Made by a program: the position numbers and the translations under genes | Part shown: one piece after another, positions 1-9,948 of the stretch | How positions within the stretch are numbered: position 1 is the first letter of the stretch | How the letters are laid out: each line of letters begins with the position of its first letter | Notes under the pieces: generated by a model | The model's database searches: none | What the model saw: the letters and a program-made list of their open reading frames with translations, nothing else | Told to the model about the DNA's origin: nothing | From: a virus | Lineage: Duplodnaviria > Caudoviricetes | Reading direction: 5' to 3' (one strand) | Virus record (IMG/VR): IMGVR_UViG_2841778323_000002 | Location: 13,536 to 77,535 of that record | DNA length: 64,000 bases

Positions 1-2
1 TT

Positions 3-500
3 ATTATAAGTCCGCTAACTTCTAAGTATTTCCCTGATAAATTTAGTTCTAGCTTGGCTGAATATTTTGGAATAATATTATCTGTAATAGTATTGGCATA
101 TTCTCTTGTTAATAACAATTCAAATTATAATATTAGAATTTATAATATAGAAAGTTCGTTGAATGAACTAAAGAACTTAAAAAGAAAGCTGGATACTGAA
201 GAACTTGATGAATGTATTAAAATCTATAATGAATTAACAGACAAAACAGAAAGAAGATCTGATGTAGATTTTTTTAATACCGTTAGACAATTAGCTCGAT
301 TACATGAAGTAAATATTTTTACTAAAACACAAAAAAAGAATAGCAATAAAGAAAATAATGAAGATAAAATCGAAGTTGTTAAGGGTTATTTATCTGAAAT
401 TAATGTACCTGTAGAAGTTGTAAAAGGAGCATTAGAATATATATGGTATATAATTTTATTTTTAATACCTATAGCTGTTTTTCTGATCTGCATAATTTAG
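3..500 (+). CDS. SLATT-like two-TM effector protein (5' end outside window)
   Basis: Frame open from position 3 (IISPLTSKYFPDKFSSSLAEYFGIILSVIVLAYSL); TM helix, then Y..R helical region, ERRSDVDFF motif and a C-terminal TM, resembling SLATT_5 architecture. Confidence 0.5.
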   Translation: MISPLTSKYFPDKFSSSLAEYFGIILSVIVLAYSLVNNNSNYNIRIYNIESSLNELKNLKRKLDTEELDECIKIYNELTDKTERRSDVDFFNTVRQLARLHEVNIFTKTQKKNSNKENNEDKIEVVKGYLSEINVPVEVVKGALEYIWYIILFLIPIAVFLICII

Positions 501-519
501 ATTAGAAAAAGTAGATGTC

Positions 520-594
520 ATTGCTAAGTTTACAGTGAAACAAAAGGCGTTTGCATACCTTTATATAGAGTTAATTAACCCAACAAGAGAATAA
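520..594 (+). pseudogene. Remnant of N-terminus of an SPP1-type small terminase
   Basis: Translates AKFTVKQKAFAYLYIELINPTRE*, like the KLT.KQK.FA..YI...NAT start of Terminase_2 proteins; no ATG, early stop. Confidence 0.5.
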
Positions 595-704
595 TAAAAA
601 ATTAAGAGATATAGGTTAAATAGATTAAACTTGACGAATTTAAAGGGAAAAGAAGGAAATCCTCGTTTTAAGTAGTATTTTATACTTGAAAGGGGTGTTC
701 AATT

Positions 705-881
705 ATGGAATATGAATTAAAGCATGATTTAAAAAAGTTAATAAATATAGCAACGGAGATAGAAAAGAAAACTGATGATGCAGCTAGTCAAGCGTCTTAT
801 GTCGATACAAATACATCATCAACTAATGAAAAACTAGATAAGATAATAAGATTATTAGAACAAATAGTTGAAAACCAATAA
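705..881 (+). CDS. Small hypothetical coiled-coil moron protein (58 aa)
   Basis: RBS AAGGGGTG, ATG 705, MEYELKHDLKKL...QIVENQ*, followed by a terminator. Confidence 0.65.
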   Translation: MEYELKHDLKKLINIATEIEKKTDDAASQASYVDTNTSSTNEKLDKIIRLLEQIVENQ

Positions 882-909
882 AAGAACTCTAGAAATAGGG
901 TTCTTTTTT
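882..909 (+). terminator. Intrinsic terminator
   Basis: AAGAACTCT-AGAAAT-AGGGTTCTT plus T-run; same core sequence at 40343. Confidence 0.75.
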
Positions 910-945
910 ACTTTTCAAAACAAACAAAACAAGCGAGGTGGTGGT

Positions 946-1635
946 ATGAATGAAATAAAAGTTGAAATAAAAAAAGACTATCTCAAAGGACTTAAACAAA
1001 AGGAAATATGTGATAAATATAATATTAGCATAAACACTTTAAAATCATGGATAAAACGTTATAAATGGGCAGAAGAGAAACGAAATAAGGGTGCACCTAA
1101 AAATAAAAGGGGTGCACCCTTTAATAATAAAAATTCAGTTGGACATGGAGCTCCCAAAGAAAATAAAAATGCTGAAAAGTTTGGTTTTTTCTCTAAGTAC
1201 CTGCCAGAAGAAACATTGGATTTAATGAAAGAAATATCAGAGAAAAATCAATTAGACATACTTTGGGAGCAAATAACAATTCAATATGCAGCAATAATAA
1301 GAGCTCAACGTATTATGTATGTTAAAAATAAAGAAGAAATGATAAAGGAACTTAAGAAGGAAGAAACTAGTGAATATGGCCAAAAGATAGAATATGAGTT
1401 CCAATTTGCTTGGGATAGACAAGCAACATTCTTAAATGCTCAAAGTAGAGCTATGGGAGAATTAAGGAGTTTAATTAAACAATATGAGTCTATGGTTAAT
1501 TCCAACTGGGATTTAATTACAGAAGAACAAAAAGCTAGACTAGATCTTATAAAAGCTCAAACTAATAAACTTACTGGTGATAATCAAGAAATAGAAGATA
1601 CTAGCGATATAGAGAGTGAAATATATGGCAATTAA
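946..1635 (+). CDS. Terminase small subunit (N-terminal HTH, PBSX/YqaS-like)
   Basis: RBS GAGGTGG before ATG 946; HTH (QKEICDKYNISINTLKSW), GAPxxNKNA repeats; directly upstream of TerL. Confidence 0.85.
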   Translation: MNEIKVEIKKDYLKGLKQKEICDKYNISINTLKSWIKRYKWAEEKRNKGAPKNKRGAPFNNKNSVGHGAPKENKNAEKFGFFSKYLPEETLDLMKEISEKNQLDILWEQITIQYAAIIRAQRIMYVKNKEEMIKELKKEETSEYGQKIEYEFQFAWDRQATFLNAQSRAMGELRSLIKQYESMVNSNWDLITEEQKARLDLIKAQTNKLTGDNQEIEDTSDIESEIYGN

Positions 1636-2962
1636 GAAAAAGAAAACTATTAATTTTAATTTCTCAGAAAAGCATAAAGATTATATAAGAGCTTGTGCTA
1701 ATAATACATATAATTTTGCAGAAGGAGCCGTAAGAGCTGGTAAAACCGTAGACAATGTATTTGCCTTTGCACATGAGTTAAAGAATACACAGGATAGAAT
1801 ACATTTAGCAAGTGGTTCAACAAGTGCTAATGCTAAGTTAAATATAGGTGATGCTAATGGATTTGGACTAGAGTACATATTTAGAGGTCAAAGTCATTGG
1901 GGAAAGTTTAAAGGTAATGAATGTCTTTATATTAAAGGTCCAGCAACAAATAATAAACAAAGGATAGTTATATTTGCTGGTGGGGCAAAGGCTGATAGTT
2001 ATAAAAAGATAAGGGGTAACTCTTATGGAATGTGGATAGCAACTGAAATAAATTTACATCATGATAATACTATTAAAGAAGTATTCAACAGAACTATAGC
2101 TGCTAAGAAAAGAAAGATATTTTGGGACCTTAACCCTGATAATCCAAATGCACCTATATATAAAGAGTATATAGATAATTATAAGAAAAAGTATGAAGAA
2201 GGAACTTTAAAAGGTGGATATAATTATCAACATTTTACTATAGATGATAATATTAATATCCCAGATGAAAGAAAAGAAGAGATTAAAAGTCAGTATGATA
2301 AAACATCTATATGGTATCAAAGAGATATATTAGGAAAAAGATGTATTGCAGAAGGTCTTATATATAGACAGTTTGCTAATGATACAAAGAAATATATTAT
2401 CTCTAATAGAGAAATTGCCAATTTAATTAAGATTACAATAGCTGTAGACTTTGGAGGTAATAAGTCAGGGCATGCATTTGTAGCGACTGGTATTACTGCT
2501 GGATATAAAGAATTAATAACATTAGCAAGTGAACGACATTTTGGTGATGATATAGATCCTGAAAAACTAGGGGAACTATTTACTAACTTTGTAAAGAAAA
2601 TAAATCATAAATATGGTTTTGCAGAAGTTGCTTACTGTGATAGTGCAGAGCAAGTGTTAATAAGAGGTTTAAGAAATACAGCTATAAAAGAAGGATTAAA
2701 TATAAGAGTTACTGATGCATGGAAAACTAGTGTTAATGACAGGATAAATGCTACTTCAAAGTTAATAGCTCAAGGTAGGTTTAAGTATACTGAAGATTGT
2801 GAAACGCTTAAAGATGCTTTATGTTCAGCTATATGGAACCCAAAGGAACTTAAAAATGAAAGGCTAGACGATGGTACATCTGATATAGATACTCTAGATG
2901 CTTTTGAATATAGTTTTGAAAGAGATATAAGACGTTTATTAGATGTATTTATACAAAGGTAA
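1625..2962 (+). CDS. Terminase large subunit, PBSX family
   Basis: Walker A GAVRAGKT, DLNPDNP motif, nuclease VDFGG...DTLDAFEY. Confidence 0.92.
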   Translation: MAIKKKKTINFNFSEKHKDYIRACANNTYNFAEGAVRAGKTVDNVFAFAHELKNTQDRIHLASGSTSANAKLNIGDANGFGLEYIFRGQSHWGKFKGNECLYIKGPATNNKQRIVIFAGGAKADSYKKIRGNSYGMWIATEINLHHDNTIKEVFNRTIAAKKRKIFWDLNPDNPNAPIYKEYIDNYKKKYEEGTLKGGYNYQHFTIDDNINIPDERKEEIKSQYDKTSIWYQRDILGKRCIAEGLIYRQFANDTKKYIISNREIANLIKITIAVDFGGNKSGHAFVATGITAGYKELITLASERHFGDDIDPEKLGELFTNFVKKINHKYGFAEVAYCDSAEQVLIRGLRNTAIKEGLNIRVTDAWKTSVNDRINATSKLIAQGRFKYTEDCETLKDALCSAIWNPKELKNERLDDGTSDIDTLDAFEYSFERDIRRLLDVFIQR

Positions 2963-3239
2963 AATTTAACTATCCACTAAATATGTATTTTAGGTATAGT
3001 TGAAAAGTATATTTAAGTAAAATGTTTAAATTTCAACGTTTATTAGTATTTTTATTAAAGGATTAAATTTGTTAAATTTAAGCTAAATATGAAAATTAAA
3101 TAAATAAAGTTAGTTAAAATCAATGTAAATAAACTAAAATATACATTTTGATTAAATAAATAAATGAAAATACAATTTATTTAACACAAAACTTTAATGT
3201 GTTATTTTACTAATGAAAATTAAAAAGAGGTATTTATTT

Positions 3240-4661
3240 ATGTTCTCAAAGTTAAAAAAAATGATTAAGGGGGTGGTTTATAACATGTTAAATAGAATTG
3301 ATATTGCTAAAGAATTAAATATAGAAATTGCAATGAATGATAATATGGCCAATGCGATTAACTTATGGAGCAATATGTATAATAATAGTCCCCCTTGGAT
3401 TAATGATGAAGTAGTTCCATTAGGTATTCCTGGAGCTATAGCTAATGAGTTAGCAAGACTGACTACTATAGAATTTAAAAGTGAAATAAATAATAATGAG
3501 GGTTTAAATGAAATCTATCAAGAGCTAATAGATGTATTAAGAATTAATACAGAATATGCATGTGCTAAAGGTGGATTAATATTTAAGCCCTATTTTAATG
3601 GAAAAAATATAGAGATAGATCTTATTCACCAAGATAACTTTTTACCTATTTCATATAATGCTATAGGAGAAATTACAGCAGCAGTTTTTTTAGAGTATAA
3701 AATTATTGGTGATAAAAAGTATACTAGATTAGAGTATCATGATTTTAAAGAAGGTAATTACACTATAAAGAACATAGCATATGTAAAAAGTAACCTTGTA
3801 AAAGACAATAGTCTAGGGAAAAGAACTATATTAGCAAGTGTTCCAGAATGGAGTCAATTACAAGAAGAGATAACAATAAATAATATCACAAGACCTTTAT
3901 TTAGTTATTTTAAGATACCACAGGCTAATGCTATAGATGTTAATAGTCCTTTAGGTGTATCATGTTATGCTAAAGCCAGTGATTTAATAAAGGAAGCAGA
4001 TAAACAATATTCTCGGATATTATGGGAATATGAAGCAACAGAAATAGCTATAAATGCATCTGAAAGCTTATTTGTAAGAAAAGAAGATGGTACATATGAA
4101 CTCCCAAAAGGTAAAGAAAGATTATATAGAGTATTTCCTTGGGAAGACAGAGAAGGAAAAAGAAATTTAGATACATTTAGTCCCGATATAAGGGATAGTA
4201 ATTTATTTAATGGACTTAATAATATATTAAGAAAGGTTGAGTTTAATTGTGGACTTGCTTATGGGACTTTAAGTGATATTAATGATGTATCTAAGACAGC
4301 AACAGAGATAAAGACATCTAGGCAAAGAAGTTATTCAACTGTTAAAGATATACAGAAATCTCTAGAAAAAGCTCTTAAAGACTTAATAGTGAGTATGAAT
4401 GATTTAGCAACTTTATATAAGTTAAATGTAAGTCCTATAGATATAGATAAAGATGTTAGTTTTGATTGGGATGATTCACTTGTACTTGATAAAGATAGTG
4501 AATTAGAATCAATGCGAAATGATGTTGCAGCTGGTATATTAAGACCTGAGATATATTTAGCTAAGAAATATGGAGTATCTGAAGAAGAAGCATTAAAAAT
4601 GATGCCTGATATTGAAGATAGCATAAAAACTAAATCTCCTTTCGATAATCTAGAGGAATAG
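3240..4661 (+). CDS. Portal protein, SPP1 gp6/A118-like
   Basis: Position after TerL; SPLGVS, KTATEI and FDWDDS motifs. Confidence 0.9.
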   Translation: MFSKLKKMIKGVVYNMLNRIDIAKELNIEIAMNDNMANAINLWSNMYNNSPPWINDEVVPLGIPGAIANELARLTTIEFKSEINNNEGLNEIYQELIDVLRINTEYACAKGGLIFKPYFNGKNIEIDLIHQDNFLPISYNAIGEITAAVFLEYKIIGDKKYTRLEYHDFKEGNYTIKNIAYVKSNLVKDNSLGKRTILASVPEWSQLQEEITINNITRPLFSYFKIPQANAIDVNSPLGVSCYAKASDLIKEADKQYSRILWEYEATEIAINASESLFVRKEDGTYELPKGKERLYRVFPWEDREGKRNLDTFSPDIRDSNLFNGLNNILRKVEFNCGLAYGTLSDINDVSKTATEIKTSRQRSYSTVKDIQKSLEKALKDLIVSMNDLATLYKLNVSPIDIDKDVSFDWDDSLVLDKDSELESMRNDVAAGILRPEIYLAKKYGVSEEEALKMMPDIEDSIKTKSPFDNLEE

Positions 4662-4662
4662 T

Positions 4663-6360
4663 ATGGCATTAACTCCAAAAGAATTAAAGTCTATACCTGA
4701 AAGGTTTATTAATTTATATCAGGAATTAGAAGACTTTATAATCTCCGATATAGCCAGAAGGATTGCTAAGGTTGGTAATTTAACAGATAGTGCTAAGCTA
4801 GAGACTATAAGAGCAAATGAGATAGGTATATCACTTAATCTCATAAAAGAAAAGATTAAAGAAATATCAGATATGACTGAAGAAAAGGTAAATGAAATAT
4901 TTAATGATATTAGTTTATATTCTATTGCAAAAGAAAATGAATTATATAGTGCTGCTGGATTAAATACTGTTAAAGTAACTGAAAATGTAGCATTAGCCAA
5001 TATAATAGAATCTGCTATAAAACAAACTTCAGGAGATCTATATAACTTAACTCAATCTATGGGATTTGCACAGAAAGTTAATGGAAAAGTAGTATATAAA
5101 CCTATAGCTAAATACTATCATGATGCAATGGATTTAGCTGTTATGCAAATTAAATCAGGATCAACAAATTATAATACAGCTATTAAACAAGCTGTAAATA
5201 GATTATGTGAAAGTGGTATAAGAAGTGTTGATTATGAAAGTGGAGTTGCAAATAGAATAGATGTTGCTGTTAGAAGAGCTGTTTTAACTGGATCTAATCA
5301 AATGTCACAAAAGTTAACTTTAGAAGGAATGAAAGAGACTGGAAATGACTTTGTAGAAACTACAGCGCACATTGGATCAAGGCAAAGTCATGCATTATGG
5401 CAAGGTAAAGTATTTTGTTATAGTGGAAACAGTAAAGAATATCCTCCTTTTATAGAAAGCACAGGCTATGGTACAGGTCCAGGACTTGGAGGATGGAACT
5501 GTAGACATAGTTTCTACCCTTTTATTCCAGGAATAAGTAAAAGAGCATATACAGATGAAGATTTAGAGAATATAGATCCACCGCCATTTACTTATAATGG
5601 GACAGAATATACTTATTATGAAGCAAGTCAACATCAAAGACTTATTGAAAGAAATATAAGAAAAACTAAAACTCAGCTAATAGGATATAAGGCTGCTGGA
5701 CTTACAGAGGAATTTACTAATACTAGTATTAAACTTAAACAACAAGAGAAGTATTATAGAGAATTTAGTAAGGCTGCTAATATACCTATAGAAAAGGATA
5801 GACTTCAAGTATATAAATTCAATAAAAGTATATCTCAAAAGGCTGTTTGGGCATCTAATAAGGTATTTGTTCAAAGTCTTAAGAATTTAGGAGTAGTAAA
5901 TCCACCTAGAAGTGAAAAAGAATTTGATAAGTTAGAGCGAACAAATCCTAGAGAATATAAGCTTTTGAATGGTTATATAAATGCTGTGAAAAAAGGAGAT
6001 ATTCCAGTATTGACAGGTTATGACTGTTATAAAGAAATAGCTTTTAGAATTGAAAGAGATATAGTTGGAATTACTACAAAAAATGGTATAATTATAAATA
6101 ACTATTCAACACATTTTATTGATAGAGTTATTGGGGAGTTTGAAGATAGCAACTATATACAAACTGGAAAGAGAAAAGGTGTTAAGTTAGATGATGTTAT
6201 AGATTCGTTAATAAATCCTATTCAAATAGGAGAAGTACAAGTCAGACAAGGTGTTTTTAAAAGTATTTTATTGACGGGAGATAAGTGTGGAGTTAGTATA
6301 AATCCAGACACGGGAACTTTAATTCAGACAAACCCAATAAGGAAAAAAGGCGGTAAGTAA
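4663..6360 (+). CDS. Minor capsid protein (Phage_min_cap2/MuF-like) with C-terminal putative RNase toxin extension
   Basis: H.GSR.SHALWQG and GWNCRHSFYPF motifs; ~170-aa extension with HFIDR...RKGV..DDVIDSL.NP...VSINPDTGTLIQ. Confidence 0.85.
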   Translation: MALTPKELKSIPERFINLYQELEDFIISDIARRIAKVGNLTDSAKLETIRANEIGISLNLIKEKIKEISDMTEEKVNEIFNDISLYSIAKENELYSAAGLNTVKVTENVALANIIESAIKQTSGDLYNLTQSMGFAQKVNGKVVYKPIAKYYHDAMDLAVMQIKSGSTNYNTAIKQAVNRLCESGIRSVDYESGVANRIDVAVRRAVLTGSNQMSQKLTLEGMKETGNDFVETTAHIGSRQSHALWQGKVFCYSGNSKEYPPFIESTGYGTGPGLGGWNCRHSFYPFIPGISKRAYTDEDLENIDPPPFTYNGTEYTYYEASQHQRLIERNIRKTKTQLIGYKAAGLTEEFTNTSIKLKQQEKYYREFSKAANIPIEKDRLQVYKFNKSISQKAVWASNKVFVQSLKNLGVVNPPRSEKEFDKLERTNPREYKLLNGYINAVKKGDIPVLTGYDCYKEIAFRIERDIVGITTKNGIIINNYSTHFIDRVIGEFEDSNYIQTGKRKGVKLDDVIDSLINPIQIGEVQVRQGVFKSILLTGDKCGVSINPDTGTLIQTNPIRKKGGK

Positions 6361-6362
6361 AA

Positions 6363-6584
6363 ATGATAAATTTAAATAAAGAAGAGAAAGATTTCATAAA
6401 AGAAAAATTTTCAAATTCAGATGAGCTTTTATCTACAGATGATGTAAATATACTTTTATTAAAATTAAATGAAGTTATAATGTCTGAAGGAATAGAATTA
6501 AACGAAAATATAGAAGATTATTACCTAAATGACTTTGGAAGAAGAGTCCAAAGGATGTATGACAATATATACAATAATAATTAA
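6363..6584 (+). CDS. Small acidic protein, putative immunity protein for the upstream toxin domain
   Basis: 73 aa, starts 2 nt after the upstream stop, followed by a terminator hairpin (6584-6617). Confidence 0.55.
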   Translation: MINLNKEEKDFIKEKFSNSDELLSTDDVNILLLKLNEVIMSEGIELNENIEDYYLNDFGRRVQRMYDNIYNNN

Positions 6585-6654
6585 GCACTTATTAATAAAA
6601 AATGGTAGGTGCTTTTATTATGCAAAAATTTAATTAAGAAAGGAATGACTATAG

Positions 6655-7260
6655 ATGGCAAAGTTAAGTGAAATATTAGGAGATAACTATAATACGTTAC
6701 CTGAGGATATAAAGAGTAAATATAAGGATATAGATTTAGTTGATGGTTCTAAATATGTTGAAAAGACTAAATTTGATGAAGTTAAGCAAGCTAAAAAACA
6801 ACTTGAAACAGATGTTAAAGATAGAGATACACAATTAGAAACTTTAAAGAAATCAGCTGGAGATAATGCTACTTTAAAGCAGCAAATTGAACAATTACAA
6901 AATGATAATAAAAAGAAAGATGAAGAATATCAAGCAGAGCTTAAAGATTTAAAATTAACTAACGCTATTAAGTTAGCTATAACTGATTCAGCACAAGATA
7001 TTGATTTAGTGACTGGATTAATAGATAAATCTAAGCTTATTTTATCTGAAGATGGAAAGGTTACAGGCTTAGATGAACAAGTAACTGGATTGAAAGAATC
7101 AAAAAGTTTCTTATTTAAATCAGAAGAATCCAATCAAAATACTAATATTCAATTTTCAAAGAGTACCAATTTAGGTAATAATGGAGCAACTACAAAGTCT
7201 CTAAGTGAGTTAATGCAAGCTAAAAATGCTAATCCAAATATGGAAGTTAGCTTTAAATAA
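6655..7260 (+). CDS. Capsid scaffolding protein (GP20-like)
   Basis: Coiled coil; GLDEQV..LKESKSFLF motif; upstream of MCP. Confidence 0.85.
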   Translation: MAKLSEILGDNYNTLPEDIKSKYKDIDLVDGSKYVEKTKFDEVKQAKKQLETDVKDRDTQLETLKKSAGDNATLKQQIEQLQNDNKKKDEEYQAELKDLKLTNAIKLAITDSAQDIDLVTGLIDKSKLILSEDGKVTGLDEQVTGLKESKSFLFKSEESNQNTNIQFSKSTNLGNNGATTKSLSELMQAKNANPNMEVSFK

Positions 7261-7292
7261 ATATAAATAAAAAATAATAAAAGAAAGAAGGA

Positions 7293-8381
7293 ATGACAAT
7301 GCCAAGTTTTGATGAAAAAATATTTAATGGTGAGGTATTTGGACAATACATGAATACAGTACCTAACTTAAATAGAAATGAGCTTATAAAGAGTAAAGCT
7401 ATAAGACAAAGACAAGATATAGCTAATTTATTTAGTGCACAAGTAGGTGGAAACTATGCAACTATACCTATAACTGGAAGAATAGGAGGAAAAGCACAAA
7501 ACTATGATGGAAAAACATCAGCAGAAGCACAAAAGTTAAAAACTTTTAGTCATAGTAGAGTTGTAGTGGGAAGACAGGCTGCTTGGGTAGAAACTGACTT
7601 TAGTTATGATATAACTGGAGGTAAAGATTTTATGGAGCAAGTAGGAGATCAAGTTGCTGAATACTGGGATGATGTAGATCAAGCTACATTATTATCAATA
7701 TTAAAAGGTATCTTTAGTATGACAGGTAAGGAAAACTTAAAGTTTGTAAATGAACATACTTATGATATAACAGCATCTAAAAATAAAGAAGAGCAAGTAT
7801 TTACTGCAACTACTTTAAATACAGCAATCCAAAAGGCTTTAGGAGACAATAAAGCTAAGTTTTCTATATCAATAATGCATTCAGCCGTATCAACTAATTT
7901 AGAGAACTTAAAATTAATATCATATATGAAGTATACTGATGGACAAGGTATAGAAAGAGATTTAACTTTAGGGACTTTAAATGGTAGAGTTGTTCTTATA
8001 GACGATAATATGCCAGTGGAACATGTAGAAGCTAAAGGAACTGAAGGACAGTCAGACTATGTACCAGCTTATAATAAGTATACTACTTATGTATTAGGTG
8101 ATGGTGCATTTGAATTTACAGACTGTGGAGCTAAAGTACCTAATGAAATGGCAAGAGATCCTAAAACAAATGGTGGAGAGACTACTTTATACAGTAGACA
8201 AAGAAAAGTATTATCTCCTTTTGGAATATCGTTTACTAAAGCATCTATGGCCAGTTTGTCTCCAACAGATGAAGAGTTAGAAATGGGAGCAAACTGGGAA
8301 TTATGTAATAATCAAGGAAAGACAAAGGAATACATAGATCATAGATTAGTTCCTATAGCTAGAGTAATAACTAGAGGATAG
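7293..8381 (+). CDS. Major capsid protein
   Basis: 362 aa after scaffold; FN.EVFG.Y start and NWE...PIAR.ITRG end typical of Firmicute phage coat proteins. Confidence 0.88.
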   Translation: MTMPSFDEKIFNGEVFGQYMNTVPNLNRNELIKSKAIRQRQDIANLFSAQVGGNYATIPITGRIGGKAQNYDGKTSAEAQKLKTFSHSRVVVGRQAAWVETDFSYDITGGKDFMEQVGDQVAEYWDDVDQATLLSILKGIFSMTGKENLKFVNEHTYDITASKNKEEQVFTATTLNTAIQKALGDNKAKFSISIMHSAVSTNLENLKLISYMKYTDGQGIERDLTLGTLNGRVVLIDDNMPVEHVEAKGTEGQSDYVPAYNKYTTYVLGDGAFEFTDCGAKVPNEMARDPKTNGGETTLYSRQRKVLSPFGISFTKASMASLSPTDEELEMGANWELCNNQGKTKEYIDHRLVPIARVITRG

Positions 8382-8385
8382 GGTT

Positions 8386-8727
8386 ATGGATAAATATGTA
8401 GATTATAAGTTTTATAGTGAAGTCTTTGGAGGAAAATTATCTTCCAAGGACTTTTCTTTATATGAATTTAAAGCTAGAAAATTTATAGATACTATAACCT
8501 TTAATAGAATCAATGAAAATAACTTAAATGATGATATAAAAATGGCTATATGTATATCTCTAGATAAATTAAAAAAATATGATGATGAAATAAGCTTTAA
8601 ATCAAGTGAAAGTGTAGGTAAACATAGTGTTTCTTACTCTGAAGAATTGGTAAAGAATTTCAAAGAAAATCTTTATAAAGAAATAAGTATATATTTACAA
8701 AATGATTTACTTTATAGAGGTGTGTAA
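8386..8727 (+). CDS. Head-tail connector protein
   Basis: SESVGKHSVSY and LLYRGV motifs; position. Confidence 0.75.
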   Translation: MDKYVDYKFYSEVFGGKLSSKDFSLYEFKARKFIDTITFNRINENNLNDDIKMAICISLDKLKKYDDEISFKSSESVGKHSVSYSEELVKNFKENLYKEISIYLQNDLLYRGV

Positions 8728-8729
8728 AT

Positions 8730-9155
8730 ATGGCTAATATGACTTTATTTAATAGTATATATAATCCGGAAACGGATCGTACAGAGTATATACGAACTTA
8801 TTTATATGATATTGACTGGCAAGGGGAGCAAGCTGTTACAGTAGGTGATAAAGGTTTATTAAGTGCTGATAAAATAACTTGTTTCATACCATTTACAGTT
8901 AATACAAAAGATAAAAAATATATATCTCCTGGAGAATTTAAGAAGTTGGATATAGAAGTAGCAAAGAAATTTTATACATTAAAAAAAGGTGATTTTATAG
9001 TAAAAGATGTAGTTGATTTTGAACTTTCTTCATATGAAAGAGGTAAGCAATTTAAAGATTTAGAACGTCTTTATACAGTTGGAACTATAGTAAGTGTAAT
9101 AAAAAATGATTTTGGAAGTGAATATTTACAACATTGGGAAGTAGGTGCTAAGTAA
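8730..9155 (+). CDS. Head closure protein
   Basis: Position; C-terminal DFGS...QHWEV motif. Confidence 0.65.
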   Translation: MANMTLFNSIYNPETDRTEYIRTYLYDIDWQGEQAVTVGDKGLLSADKITCFIPFTVNTKDKKYISPGEFKKLDIEVAKKFYTLKKGDFIVKDVVDFELSSYERGKQFKDLERLYTVGTIVSVIKNDFGSEYLQHWEVGAK

Positions 9156-9514
9156 TGCCACTTAATGTTACTTTTAAGATGGATGGAATAGAAAAGATTT
9201 TAGCTAAACGAAACCTTGAGGAAAGAGGAAAGGCCCAGGAATTTTTAACTAATGAAGTAGCTAGAATGGCTAACCCTTACGTACCATTTAAAACAGGGGC
9301 ATTAAAAGATACCCAGGTAGAAATTTCAAATGGGAAAATTGAATATAAAGCTCCTTATGCTCGTAAACAGTATTACAACAACTCAGGAAATGGAAAACAA
9401 GGAACAAATAAAGGTGGTATGAGAGGTAAGCGATGGATTGAAAGAATGTGGGCAGATAAAGGTCCGGAAATTGTAAAGTCTGTTGCTTCATTTGTAGGAG
9501 GGAAAGCTAAATAA
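9155..9514 (+). CDS. Neck protein (Minor_capsid_2-like)
   Basis: PYVPFKTGAL, APYARKQYY and RGKRW.ERM motifs. Confidence 0.75.
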   Translation: MPLNVTFKMDGIEKILAKRNLEERGKAQEFLTNEVARMANPYVPFKTGALKDTQVEISNGKIEYKAPYARKQYYNNSGNGKQGTNKGGMRGKRWIERMWADKGPEIVKSVASFVGGKAK

Positions 9515-9943
9515 ATGACTATTATAGAGAGCATAAGAAAATTTATAAAAAAATGCCCTTTTTTAGAAGAGTTTAATGGAGCTGTAAGAATAGGAGTTGA
9601 CTATTTAGATTCAGAAGCAACTACATATTCTATAGAAAAAGTTCCATGTAACCCTATTATAAAAAAGTATGTTGATGGATCTAGTAAAAGACAAGAACAA
9701 TTTATATTTGCAAGTAGAGAAAGTTATGGCGAAGATATATTTAATAACTTAGAGAATATCAATTTTTATGAAAAATTTGCAGAGTGGATTGAACAAAACA
9801 ACGATGAAGGTAATTTACCTATTTTAGATAATAAAGAGGCTTTATCAATAGAACTAACAAGCAATGGATATGCCTTTCAAACAGATATTGACAAAGCTCA
9901 ATATCAAATACAAATGAAATTAATTTATATGGAAGGGAAGTAG
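9515..9943 (+). CDS. Tail terminator/completion protein
   Basis: Position before major tail; YQIQMKLIY end. Confidence 0.65.
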   Translation: MTIIESIRKFIKKCPFLEEFNGAVRIGVDYLDSEATTYSIEKVPCNPIIKKYVDGSSKRQEQFIFASRESYGEDIFNNLENINFYEKFAEWIEQNNDEGNLPILDNKEALSIELTSNGYAFQTDIDKAQYQIQMKLIYMEGK

Positions 9944-9948
9944 ATAAA

